64,000 bases of DNA from Mobula hypostoma (Eukaryota): contig NC_086097.1 of the NCBI RefSeq assembly GCF_963921235.1, forward strand, positions 180,050,001 to 180,114,000. Reading direction: 5' to 3'. Below, one piece after another: positions 51,098 through 63,401 of this stretch (position 1 is its first letter; every line of letters starts with the position of its first letter). Position numbers and translations under genes: made by a program. The notes beneath the pieces were generated by a model that searched no databases, was not told the DNA's origin, and saw nothing but the letters and a program-made list of their open reading frames with translations.

Positions 51098-51133
<36 letters not shown>
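50844..51133 (+). mobile_element. Young tRNA-derived SINE with (CA)n tail and 10-bp TSD
   Basis: A box tggcgtagggg (50855-50865), B box gttcgaatcc (50900-50909), (CA)n tail ~51100-51131, TSD ACTCAACCTT at 50834-50843 and 51134-51143; CpGs retained. Confidence 0.9.
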
Positions 51134-51135
<2 letters not shown>

Positions 51136-51866
51136 TCAACCTTGTCTTCTCTAGATCACAGGTTCGGTAACTGACTCAACTCCCAATGTTCAGAAAGATC
51201 ATTTTAGATCAGCACTGTCCTGGAGTGTGGACAAGGAACAGCATCAATGTGATGTCTGGAGTTTGTGAGGTCAGGCTTCTGAAACATGACAACCCAAAGG
51301 AGATCTAGTTTCTATTGTTTCTCATCCTCTAGATGAGTCCATGCGTTCTCAGGGGGGATTGGAGAACCCACCCCAACATTTAAGCCCAAAGGGGCAATTA
51401 TAAACTAGTAGCTGTTAAAGTGCAGAGAATGCGTAGCTCTCAAAGCTTAAAATAAACCTGAAAGAACATCTTCCCATAACCTCATTCCATCGTTGCTGTT
51501 TTGATTATCTGGTCATTGGACTTTTTTTTATTTCAGTTATTTCTTTTTTAAGATAATTTCCTTCATCCCTGGATTGCTTCTTACTGCTTCTGCAGGGTGA
51601 AAACTTCTGAGTTATATTCAGATTCATATATTTATTTATCACAGGCACAGTGAAATGCATCATTTGTGTTAACAACCAACACATCCTGAGGATGTGCTGG
51701 GGACAGCTTGTAAGTGTCGACAGTCGTTCTGATGCCATTGTACCTTTGTACCATTGGAGATGTCCCAAAAAAAGAAGGGCAGTTAGATCATGCACAGGGA
51801 TGGGCATTGGGTTGTGTATGTTCATTGGCGGAGGGACGATGAATCACTCCTTGTTTGCACTAACAG

Positions 51867-51965
51867 AATGGGATGACGGCCCTCCATGCTGCGGTGTTGG
51901 GAGGGAGTGCAAGGACTGTGACCCTACTTGTTGAATCTGGAGCAGATCCAAGCCTAAGGAACACG
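51867..51965 (+). CDS. ANKRD29: ANKRD29 coding exon 9 (NGMTALHAAVLGGSARTVTLLVESGADPSLRNT)
   Basis: tttgcactaacag| ... |gtgaga; 99 nt ankyrin repeat. Confidence 0.95.
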
Positions 51966-54317
51966 GTGAGAGATCTTTCCCTTTGCTTTCCGTTTCCGGG
52001 CTTTTGTATTGAGCATGGAGTAGAAATTCACAGTGCACCATCACTTTCCTGGATGTTGACCACATGACTGAGGTTGCTGTGAGTGGGGCAAGTTTATCCA
52101 CGGTGTTGAGTCAACTGCCATGGGTGGTTATGAAACAACCCTGCCGTTTGTGGGATGGTTCCCAAGATGAAAATTGCCAAAGCTGGAGGTGGGAAGGAAA
52201 TAAAAAGATTGGAATTGGTTTATTACTGTCTCACGTGCCGAGGTACAGTGAAAAACTTTGTTTTACATGCCATCAATTTCATCAAGGTAGTAAAAGGAAA
52301 ACCAATAACACAATGCAGAATAAAAACAGTTACAGAGAAAGTCCAGTGCAGGTAAACAATAAGGTACAATGGCCATGATGAGGTAGATTGAGAGGCCAAG
52401 AGTCCATTCTGCTATACCATAGTCTTGTCTGCATTCTGTTATTGTTTTGCCTTGCATTGCCTCTGCACTGTGCACTGCATTGATCTATCTGTAAAGTATG
52501 GAAGATAAACTTTTCACTGTACCTTACATATAGAACATAGAACATACACAGCACAGTACCTTGGTCCAATTGACAATGTAAACCAATTTAACAATTTATA
52601 ACAGTGGGACAGATGCTCTCCTTGAGCTTGGTGGGACATGCCTTCAGGCTTTTGTACCCTCTACCCGATGGAATGGGGGAGAAGGACTGTCTGGGGTGGG
52701 TGGAGTTTTTGATTATGTTGGTGACTTTACAAAGGCAGTGAGAAGTGCAATGGAGGAAGCTACAGAGAGAGCGCAGAGCATGCAGACATTAAGTGCAGGA
52801 GCCATGACGATGTAGATTGGGAGATGAAGCTTTCACCTTCATCGTATAAGAGGTCTGTTCCAGAGCTTTATTACTGCTAGGTAGAAGCTTGTGTCCACAC
52901 AAAAGTAATAAAAACAGAAAACACTGGAAAACTCAGTGGGTCAAGCAGCATCTGTGGCGAGAGAAACAGAGTTGATGGTTTAAGTTGAAGACCTTTTGTC
53001 AGAATTGAGAAAGTAAATTTTATGTTGTGGGAGAGGGATTGACAGAGCAAGGGGAATATCTGGTGATGTCAGGGTTGTTGAAATGATGTTTATAGAACCG
53101 TTTTGTCAGTAAATGAATATGGATAGTTAGAGAAGATAGAGAAGGGAACCTGTTAAAGCAGTGAGATCCAGGTGAAACCACAACCCAAGGACAAAATGCT
53201 GAAAATTCCCACGAGGCTGGCAGCATCTGTAGAGAGAGAAATGCAGATGTTTACAGCATTTTCTCATTTCAGAATGGCAGCATCTGCAGTAGTTTGCTTT
53301 ACTTTTTAATGTTAAACTTTCACTTGATATTTAGGCTAAATAAATATATCTTTTGTCTCCTATGACCCTGCTCGTTGTTGGTTGCTGGCTGGTGTCGGCC
53401 TCACTGAATGTGTGATATTAATTGATTTGACAAGAGCCGAGCAAAGGTTTGGGGAAGTGAGAGGCAGGTTAACCTGCAGTGCTGCTCTATGTATATACAA
53501 CTTAGAAACAGGCCCCCCCAGCCCAACTCACCCACGCCAACCAATGTGTGTCCCTGGTCCCATTTGTTGACGATACTGTAGGGGTTGTAGGCTAAATTGT
53601 TTTGTTTGCAGAAAGGGTAAGTACAATCAGAGCTCAGCGACAAAAACTGGCATAGACTGCTTTGTTTTTATGTAGTCCTACAGAACGGAAACAGGCCCCA
53701 ATGGCCTATTTGGTCCATGGCAACCAAGATTCCCATCGGTTAGTCCCATTTTCCAACTAAACCTTTCCAATCCATGTACTTCCAAGTACACTTTAAGTGT
53801 TGTAAATGTACCTGCCTCAACAACTTCCTCTGGCAGCTCATTCCATGTACTGACATCCTCTAGGTGAAAAATTGCCCCTTGGGTTCCTATTAAATCTCTC
53901 CCCATCACCTTAACTCTATGCCCACTAGATCCTGATTCCCCTTCCCTGGGGGAAAGACTGTGTGCATTCATAGAGTCTTACAGTATGAAAACAGGCCCTT
54001 CGGCCCAACTCACAGTGTTGCCCAGCGAACTAGTCACGTCTGCCTGTATTTGGCCCATAGCCTTCAAGATCTATTTCCGCCCTTCATGATTTTCTGTTCA
54101 TGCAATCTATGCCCTTCATGATTTTAATACACATCTGTAAGATCATGCATCAATCTGCTGCACTCAAATTTAAAGAAGTCCCAGCATGCTCAACCATTCT
54201 CCATAACTCGTCCATGCTGATATTTTTTGAGAAATCCCCCTCCAGCAACTGGGCCCTACACTGGTAGATCAGCCCCACTGAAATATAATGGCAATTAAGA
54301 TTGATGCTGTGTTTCAG

Positions 54318-54401
54318 GAGAAAGAGTTGCCTGCAGATCTCACGAGGGACAACCGGCTGATCCGATGCCTTCAGTCAAGACAGCAAAGTGGAGAGAGTTG
54401 A
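54318..54401 (+). CDS. ANKRD29: ANKRD29 terminal coding exon 10 (EKELPADLTRDNRLIRCLQSRQQSGES*)
   Basis: gtgtttcag| ... TGA at 54399-54401; matches the ANKRD29 C-terminus ANELPAELTKNERILRLL. Spliced total is 298 aa. Confidence 0.92.
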   Translation, partial: EKELPADLTRDNRLIRCLQSRQQSGES

Positions 54402-54770
54402 CGATGAGGAAGTAACCCTGACAAAACACTTCAGCGTGCAGTGAGAGCTGAAAGAGCTTTGCTTTGGACTGGGGAGAGTTATGATGAGTGATTCTATAGC
54501 TGTGGCATAAAACAAATTAACAAGCCATAACTGGGTTTGTTGTGCATCCTTTGTTTTTATAATTTAATTCAAAATAATTTTGGGTAACTTTAACATTTCC
54601 AGAGCCTTTTAATTCATTAAAAGCTGAAAGGAAGGATTGCCTATTTACTGGTGATGACAAGATCTTGAGAAAAGAGAATATATTTGTGGTTTTGGTATTA
54701 ATGATAAATGCAGATATTTCCTCATTGTCTCTTTCTGCCATAAACATAACTACTGATACCAAAACAAATG

Positions 54771-54776
54771 AATAAA
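54771..54776 (+). terminator. Candidate polyadenylation signal (AATAAA) of ANKRD29
   Basis: First canonical AATAAA ~370 nt after the stop, in AT-rich non-repeat DNA, followed by a GT-rich tract (ggtttaggttttggggg). Confidence 0.55.
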
Positions 54777-56422
54777 TTACAGTGTTGAAGTATTATTCTG
54801 GCACTGGCTGGTTTAGGTTTTGGGGGAAAATTAAAAAGGAAGCATTTTGAAGTGATGTTCTTTAACCCACTGCCTGTAAGGGAAGGGAGTGGGTGCGGGG
54901 TCAGTCAGGTGTCCAGAGGAAACTGGACAGGTAAATAACATGCAGGTCTGCTGGAAAAGGGACAATAGGAAGGCCAGGCTTTCGCTGCAAGGATCTGGCA
55001 TGAACTCAATGAGCTGAATGACTTCTTCAGTGCACTTGAAGTTCTATGATCTTTGGTTTAGTCGTAAGATTTTATTAACATTACTCATCAAAAATATGTA
55101 GAGATGGATCAATTTACAGAACCAAATGATAATCTTTCCATTGCACTGTGTTTAATTAAACTATATCTCAAATTTTACCGGTATTTATGAATGGAAATTT
55201 CTTGAATATCACAGAACGTCTTTTTTTTTTGGCTTAAGAATGTCCATAATTAAAGTACCTTCTCACTATGAGGCCTTATGGTATGTCAAAATCAGAACCA
55301 AAATCAGAAACAGGTTTATTATCACTAAAATATGCTGACTTTTTAATTATCATAAGCTACAATAAATAAGTAGTTGAAAAGAGGAACAGTGAGGTAGTGT
55401 TCATGAATTGTTCAGAAATCTGACGGTGGAGGGGAAGAAACTGTTCCTAAATCATTGAATGCAGGCCTTCAGGCTCCCCTACCTCCTCCCTGATGAGAAG
55501 AGGGCATAACCTGGATGGTAAGGGTCCTTATCTGCCTTCCTGAGGTACTGCTTTTTGCAGATGGCCTTGATGTATCCCTGATGGAACTGTCTGAGTCTAC
55601 AACCCGCCGCAGTCTCTTGTGATCCAGCAAATTGGAGCCTCCGTACCAACCTAGGTGCAACCAGTCAGAATCTTTCTCAAAGTCAGGGTAAAAATCACTT
55701 AGTGCTGCTATGCCAGAATAAAATATATTTGGAGAGCAGAGCTAATGCCCAAGAGGATGGAAACCCAAGTAATCCTGGGCCCTGTGTCTCTAACAGCAAC
55801 AAACTGCCGGAGAAACTCCACCATCCAAACAGCATCTGTGGGGGAAGAGGGAAGGATTTTTTTGATGTTTGGGCCGAAGTCCTGCAGGGTCGACAGATCC
55901 TGTTACCCCCACCCCCCAACCTGCCGACTTGCTCCAGCAGATTGCATGCTGCTCCAGCTCCCAGTGTCTGCTGTCTCGTGTGTCTCTCTGTAACACATAT
56001 GGCATGGAGTTGATGCCACCATAGGGAGGATGGTGGGGAGTTTGAGGAGGGTGGGTTGTCAGCATATGAATGAATACAAGCTGATAAGACTACTGAACAG
56101 TCTCCCACAGTAAGATGAAATCCTGACATCAGAATCTGCCTTCTTGTGATCTTGCACCTTATTGTTTACCTGCACTGTTTTATCTGTAGTTACATTTTAT
56201 TCTACAGTCTGTTATTGTTTTACCTTGTTCTACCTCAATGCACTGTGTAATGAAATGATCAGTACAAACGTTATGTGAGACAAGCTTTTCATTGTATCTC
56301 AGTACATGTAACAATAATAAACAAAATTCCACACTGGTTCCAGAAATAGCAGATTTACTCTATGTGGAGAGATTTAGTAGACAGGAAATGTGTTCCCAGG
56401 AGCTTACAAGAGATCTCATCTG

Positions 56423-59400
56423 CAGTGGCGTATCTAAGGTATGGCAGGTATGACACGTGCCCTGGGCGCCACTTGAAGGGGGACGCCACTGAGCAGTTTC
56501 TATTAAAGTCAGACAAGCCGTCCTTGGATAGTGAAAAAAAAATTTTCTTCAGATGTATGATCTGTCTTTGATTATCATGGGTGAGAAGCACTAGGATGAC
56601 CTTATTTCAGAGCATTGTGTGAGAAAACCATGAATCGTTTCTTCATGAAGAAGAATGAAAGTGGAGCTGAAGGATGGAAGAGACAGAAGTTGGAGGCGGA
56701 GGAAGCCAAGAAGTCGAGCAAGTTCTTTATACCCTTCTTTGAAAAGCCCGGAACAAGTAGTTTGACACGTTCCATGGAGTCGCCTGCACCTGCTACAAGT
56801 TTGTTAGAATCCAAAGGTGGATCAAGTACAAATGCATCACAAGCCGAGGAGGAAGTCAAGTCAGATAAATCCGAGTATGACGAGATTAAGAGTGAGGCTG
56901 CCACAGAGAATGTGGACATGACAAGAGGGAAAGACGATGGTGGTGGTGATGTTGATTTTATTGATGAGATTTTACCTGACAAGATTGAACCTGACGACAC
57001 TGAACCTAGTGAACTGGATGGTGTCAAAGACCCTTGAACTGTCATATCAGAAGTGATTGAACAGCATGACATTGGACTTCTGAAGTTCGACAAGGACACT
57101 GGAAAAGCAATTCTGCCTGACGCGTGAGAACAGAAATAATAAAGCTGGGTTTGAAGTATTTCCAGAACAGTGAGGGGCCTTTCCTAACAACAAATAACCG
57201 CTCAATGAACAAAACTTGATTCAAGGGGAAATTGGGAAATGGTCGTGGTGAGGAAGTGACTCGCTCATGGCTGGTCTATTTCCCTTCTTAAAAGGTCTGC
57301 ATTTTGTATCTGTTGTCTTCTCTATTCCTGGTCAGACCATCAATCCTCATTGGAGCAGGAAAGTGGATTCAACCAGTGGAAAGCATCTGAAAGGCTTAGT
57401 GTTCATGAAAGTGCCAAGAATCATCGGGAATGCTTCACACGGTGGAAAGAAATGGAAAGAAATTTAGCTGGAAACAGAGGAGTTATTGACGCGGTATTTC
57501 AGTCACAGATTGAGAAGGAAAAGCAGAAGTGGTGTGATATCTTGACAAGAATCCTTCACTGCATAAAATTCCTTGCGACTCAGAACCTGGCTTTGCAAGG
57601 GCACAGGGAGTCACTTCAGCTAGACGATGACTCCAATGTGGGAAATTTCCTTGGCTTACTGAAACTACTGGCCATCTTTGACCCTGTCATAAAAGAACAC
57701 CTCACTCATTTGGAAAGTCATCCTGGATCCACGTCTTATCTTTCACCGGATGTCCAGAATGAATTCATCCACATGATGGCATCCGCTGTTTGCCAGAGTT
57801 CACTGAGAAGCATTCATAAAGCCAAGTACTATGGTCTCATGTTCGACTTGACTCCTGATCAGGCACACAGTGAGCAGATGTCAGAAGTAGTGAGGTATGT
57901 GGAAGTTGATTTTGAGAGGAAAACAGTCCGGTTAGAGAGTCCTTCCTTGGTTTTATCCAGATAAGCCAGAAGGATGCTGAGAGCTTGGTTGAAGACATCT
58001 TGAAACAACTAGAGAAGGACAAAATGGAGCTAAAAGATTGTCGGTCACAGTGCTATGATAACGCTGCTGTGATGACTGGACACAGAAGTGGTGTTCATCA
58101 AAGAATAAGTGAGAAAAACAACCTGGCAGTGTTTGTGAATTGCGACAATCAGTCACTCAACTTGGTGGGTGTACATGCAGCCAAGCAGGATACAATGATG
58201 GTCACGTTTTTTGGAACCATCGAATCTCTCTACGTGTTTTTCTCTCTTTCAACACAGCGCTGGGAAAAACTCAAAGACACCATGCCTGTGGTTGTTAAGT
58301 CGGAGTCCGAAACCAGGTGGAGTGCAAGGACAGAAGCAGTGAAGCCCGTCAACAAGTACCTTGAGGAGATACTTCAAGTTCTCTAGTTCATGATAGACAA
58401 TGAAAACGAGACCAATGAAACAAGAAGTGACGCAAGGCAGCTGTACAACTGCATGTTGAGTTACAATTTTCCGATTTTGCTAGGATTTTGGAACAAAGTA
58501 CTCATTCGCATAAGACCGTATTCAAAAGAGGCTGCAGGATCCTAGCATGAACTTCCACGATGCTGCCCTGGATTTGAAAGCCCTCTGAGATCATTTTTAT
58601 GATGAAAGAGAAGTGTTGGTCAGTGAGTCACTCGAAGAAGAAGTCGGTCTCTGTCAAGAATGGAATATTGAAGTTGAAAGACGTCAGAGACGAAAGAAAC
58701 GAATGGCTGATGAGAACTTGAGAGACGCTGGGTTAACAGCTAAGGAGGAAATGGAAAGAGTCATGAAGGGAACACTCGACCGTCTTCACAGAGAAATGGA
58801 CGAAAGGTTCACTCGTTTGCACGACACTGACGCCAAGTTTGGGTTCCTTCTCGATGTCAAAGGACTGTGTTACGGCGCCGACAGTAACGACCTAAAGAAG
58901 AAGTGCAAAAATTTGGGCGAATTGCACAGCTCTGATGTTGATGGACAGCAGCTATATGAAGAAATTTTGGATTGAAGAATGTTGCTATCAAGGCAGGTCA
59001 ACATGAAAATATCAAGACCTGAAGAGCTTCTTGAATTTATTATTCAGTATGGAGATGAGAGTGTCTTCCCCAATCTTCACATTGCTATTCAGATAATGCT
59101 AACCATCGCAGTTTCCATCTCCAGCTGTGAGAGATCATGCAACAAGTTAAAACTAATACTTTCGTATTTAAGAGCCTCCATGGGTCAAGGCAGACTCTGT
59201 GATCTTGCTCTGCTGAGTGTAGAAAGAGAAGAAACTGAAAAAAACTGACTTTGATCACATCATAGACCAATTTGCATCAGTGAAAGCAAGGAAGGTGCAG
59301 CTATAATTTTCATGTTGTGCCATAATTTGTTAACTAAAAGATTAACGAGCCTGACTTGTATTTTTGAGCTGATATTATGGTAAAGTTATCTAAAAGATGG

Positions 59401-59472
59401 GTGTCAGATGTTTGGACTGGGGCTCAATTTCAGTGCTTGCCATAGGCACTATTTTCCGTAGATACGCCCCTG
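56423..59472 (+). mobile_element. Full-length hAT DNA transposon (Tip100/ZMYM1-like transposase), inactivated
   Basis: TIRs CAGTGGCGTATCTA (56423) / TAGATACGCCCCTG (ends 59472), 13/14 identical; 8-bp TSD ctcatctg / ctcatcag; transposase fragments across 56630-59306. Confidence 0.95.
56630..59306 (+). pseudogene. hAT transposase pseudogene (stops and frameshifts)
   Basis: FLATQNLALQGHRE..GNFLGLL, YLSPDVQNE, MFDLTPD..EQ, QCYDNAAVM, FVNCDNQSLNL, ETRWSAR, FPNL..SCERS..KLKLI..LRASM, FASVKARKV*. Confidence 0.9.
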
Positions 59473-59734
59473 CTCATCAGAACATATAATTTTTAACACC
59501 CCAGAGTGAGGGGCTTAAAATCAGAATAAGGGAAGAAATTCCATTATTCAGAGGGTGTGGAACCTTGGGAATTCTCACTTCCCAGAATGAGGGCTCACTT
59601 ACATTCAGTTCAAAAACAGGTCAGTAAATTTCTAGACATTAAGGGAATTGAGGGACTCGGGGATAGTACAGGGAAGTGATCTTGTGTGTTGTTCTTGGAC
59701 AGTGTGAGAGAGTCGCTCAGAGGCCGCTAACAAA

Positions 59735-59751
59735 GCCAGCAGATGGTGCTG
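59735..59751 (+). promoter_or_regulatory. Candidate CTCF-binding site
   Basis: gCCAGCAGATGGTGCTg matches the vertebrate CTCF core CCASYAGRKGGCRC with one mismatch, in apparently non-repeat DNA. Confidence 0.4.
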
Positions 59752-62700
59752 TTTCCAAGCTAATAATGACACGTCTGGAAGTACATGAGAATCACAGTCC
59801 GGTTTATTATCACCGGCTTTGTCGTTCTATGGCAGCGGTGCAGCGCAAAACATAAATTTTACTATAAGTCAGAAAATAACTAGTGCAAAAGATGACTAAT
59901 GAGGTCGTGTTCATGGGTTCATGGACTATTCAGAAATCTGATGATGGAGTGAAAGAAGCTGTTCCTGAATCATTGAGTATGGGTCTTCAGAGTCCTGTAC
60001 CTCCTCCCTGATCGTAGAATGTGAAGAGGGCATGTCCCCAATGGTGAGGGTCCTCAGAGATGGAATGCCACCCCCTTGAGACGCTGGCTCCTGAAGATGT
60101 CCTGGATAGCGTCATGCCCATGATGGATCTGGCTAAGTGAGTCTACAATCCTCTGCCGCCTCTCACCATCCTATGCACTGGAGCCTCTGTACCAGCCTGA
60201 ATGCTCATCTCTGTACACCTTTAGAAGTTTGTAAGAGCCATTTGTGATATGGAGTACTCTATAATAATTAGCCAGACAGGGAATCACTGAGCTTTCTCTC
60301 CGGAACCCCTCTACACCAACTCTGACATGACTTATGGAAACATCTGAAAGCTGATTCCTTTTGCATTATACCTAGAGGGGCAGCTAGAAACCCAAAATGC
60401 CTTTTGTCCAGGTATATACTGCTTTAGCACCAGGACAAAAATTGTATAGTTAGCGCAGGAAAGTGCTGTGGGATACATGGCGTGTTTCTGTCCTGTGCAT
60501 CTCTCTGATTCAGATCAATATGACAAATTGCCTCTCAGGCTTTGGTCACGGTTATGCCTTTATGTTGATGTTTCACCAGACCTCGTCGCATCAAATTCTG
60601 TCTGCTGATAGGGACAGTCTTCTATATATCCTACTTCTAAATATCCTAGTACTTCCTTCATTTTTTTCCATGCATGGACCCACTTCGATGAGCTATTCCA
60701 CATATTGGCAGCTTCCATCTTCTTGCTGCACAGCGCAAAACTTTCTCCTCAAATCCCCAATGTGTTCATCAGCCTTGCACTGATATCCACCAAAAGTGAT
60801 GTAATTTCCCAACATCTAACCCATCAACTTGTTCATCGGTGCTCTAATATGTCACTGTTCAGAATGAACACATGGACATGTAGGAGAAAGTGTTGAAAGA
60901 TTTGAGGTTTTTTTTCACATTTAAAAGAGCCAAAGTTTGTTTGTTCTTCCCTGATAGTTGTAGCCATTTTTGTAAATGTTCTCAAAGGCATTGAATTCAG
61001 GTGAGACAGTTTCTGCTGCCCATCAGAATCAGTTGTATTACCATTGACATATATCATCAAATCTGTTGTTTTGCAAGGCATAAAAATCACTACAAATCAC
61101 AATAAATAAATAAGTAGTGCAAAAGACAAATAGCAAGGCAGTATTTCTGGGTTCATGGGCCTTTCAGAAATCTAATGCCTGAGGAAAAGAAGTTGTTCCT
61201 AAAACATTAAGTGTATTTCTCCAGACTCCTGTACCTCCTCCCTGATGGCAGTAATGAGTAGACGGCATGGCCCGGACGGTGAAAGTCTTCATGATGTATG
61301 CTGCCTTCTTGAGACACTGCCTCTTGAAGATATCCTCAGTGGGGGCAGGGTTGTGCCTGTGATGGAGCCGGCTGAGTCAACAACCTTCTGCAGCCTCTTG
61401 CCTTCATGGCCGTTACTTGAAAGACTGCAAAGCAGGTATTCAACTTGGAGGGATGGATGGGAAAATGGATAAAGGTTGTCAAGGAGTTATCCTATGCCTG
61501 TAGTTTGCTTTCCTCTGCATCAGTGAAATGGACCCTGGTCCTGTGAGTGTCTATAGTGTTGTCAGAGCAGTTTGCATTGCATCTACTTGTACTTTGGAAG
61601 TGTTTAGTCCATTGTGTGCTGGTGGTGGAGAGAACATTCAGTGAGATGGATAGGGAGCCAATCAAGCTTTGTCCTCAATGGTGGGAGCTGCAATTTGCAG
61701 GAAAATGGAGATATCCAGTCAAACTCCTGACTTGTGGGTTGCAGATGGTAGAAAGGCCTGAGATTGTAAAGAAGTGAGTCACTTCATGAGAGTTTAGCAA
61801 ACCTCTGAGCCTTTTCTATAGCCAAAGTATTTGTATGGCTGGTCCAATTTTAATCTCTGGACAATAGTGAACTGCAGGATATTAGTGATGGAGAACCTGG
61901 TGAATGCCAAGGGTAGCTGGTGAGAGTTTTGATGGTGATAGACTTTGGCATTTGCCATAGATGTCAAGTCTCATATTTCAACCATCATGATTGGTTTAGT
62001 ATTGTCATATGTACTGAGGTACAGTGAAAAACTTACCTTGTAGATGTTCTTACTGATGAATTCATCACCCAGTGCATTGTGGTAGAACAATGGAAAACAG
62101 AAACAGAGTACAGAATAAAGTGTAACAGAGACAGAGAAAGTGCAGTGCAGGTAGACAATAAGGTGCAAGGTAGATTGTGAGGTCAAGAGTCATCTTATCA
62201 TTTAGGAAACCATTCAATAGACTCAAAACAGTAGGGTGGATGATATCCTTGAGGCTGGCAGTAAGTGCTTTCAGGCTTCAGTATCTTCTGCTCAATGGGA
62301 GAGGGAGAAGAGAGAATGTCCAGGGTGGATGGGTCTCTGATTATGCTCGTTGCTTTACTGATGCAGTGAGAAGTGTAGCCAGAATGTATGGAGGTGAGAC
62401 TGGTTTCTGTGATGTGCTGAGCTGCATCCACAGATCTCTGTAGTTTTTTGAAATCATGGGTAGAGCAATTGCCATACCAATCTGTGATGCATTTGAATGT
62501 AGATGTATAATCTGTGCCCAAGTGTTGTTTGAGGTACATGTAGGTGTGGAGAGGTCATCGGCTGAGGAGTTTGGATGAAATTGAACGCTCTACAGTCATC
62601 AGTAAATATTCTCATTTTATACCAGGTACAAAGGGAAGGTTTATATCAAGGACAGTGCAGGAGCCACGTATCAATTTTTCAGTCTGTGGGGCTATGTATC

Positions 62701-62885
62701 TATTTTCTGTCTGTATTTTGTGGCAAGTTTATTATGGTAATCTGTCGCATGGGTTGGGAAATGGTAGAAGCAAATGAGTATTGTTACGTATTCACTCTTG
62801 GGGTCAGTTTGCTGTTAACCTAAAGGAATAAGCCACAGGAATGATATATTTTAGTTAAAAAATAATTGCTAATTGTGACGTTATT

Positions 62886-63401
62886 GGTAATGTTGCAGCT
62901 GTATAGGACCCTGGTCAGACCCCACTTGGAGGACTGTGCTCAGTTCTGGTCACCTCACTATAGGAAGGATGTGGAAGCCATAGAAAGGGTGCAGAGGAGA
63001 TTTACAAGGATGTTGCCTGGATTGGGGATCATGCCTTATGAGAATAGGTTGAGTGAACTTGGCCTTTTCTCCTTGGAGCGATGGAGGATGAGAGGTGACC
63101 TGATAGAGGTATATAAGATGATGAGAGGCATTGATCGTGTGGATAGGCAAAGGCTTTTTCTCAGAGCTGAAATGGCTAGCACGAGAGAGCACAATTTTAA
63201 GGTGCTTGGAAGTAGATACAGAGGATATCAGGAGTAAGTTTTTTATGCAGAGAGTAGTGAGTGCATGGAATGAGCTGCCACCGATGGTGGTGGAGGCGGA
63301 TACGATAGGGTCTTTTAAGAGACTCCTGGACAGGTATATGGAGCTCAGAAAAATAGAGGGCTATGGGTAACCTGAGGTAATTTCTAAGGTAAGGACATGT
63401 T
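62886..63401 (+). mobile_element. CR1 3' fragment (same subfamily as 805-2012)
   Basis: [43 protein letters not shown]. Confidence 0.92.

Noticed and set aside
56630..59306. Domesticated ZMYM/ZBED-like host gene
   Set aside because: Multiple stops and frameshifts, with TIRs and TSD retained, indicate a dead transposon.
60368..60386. Second CTCF-like motif (acctagaggggcagc)
   Set aside because: Poor fit to the core spacing and 5' CCA; likely chance.
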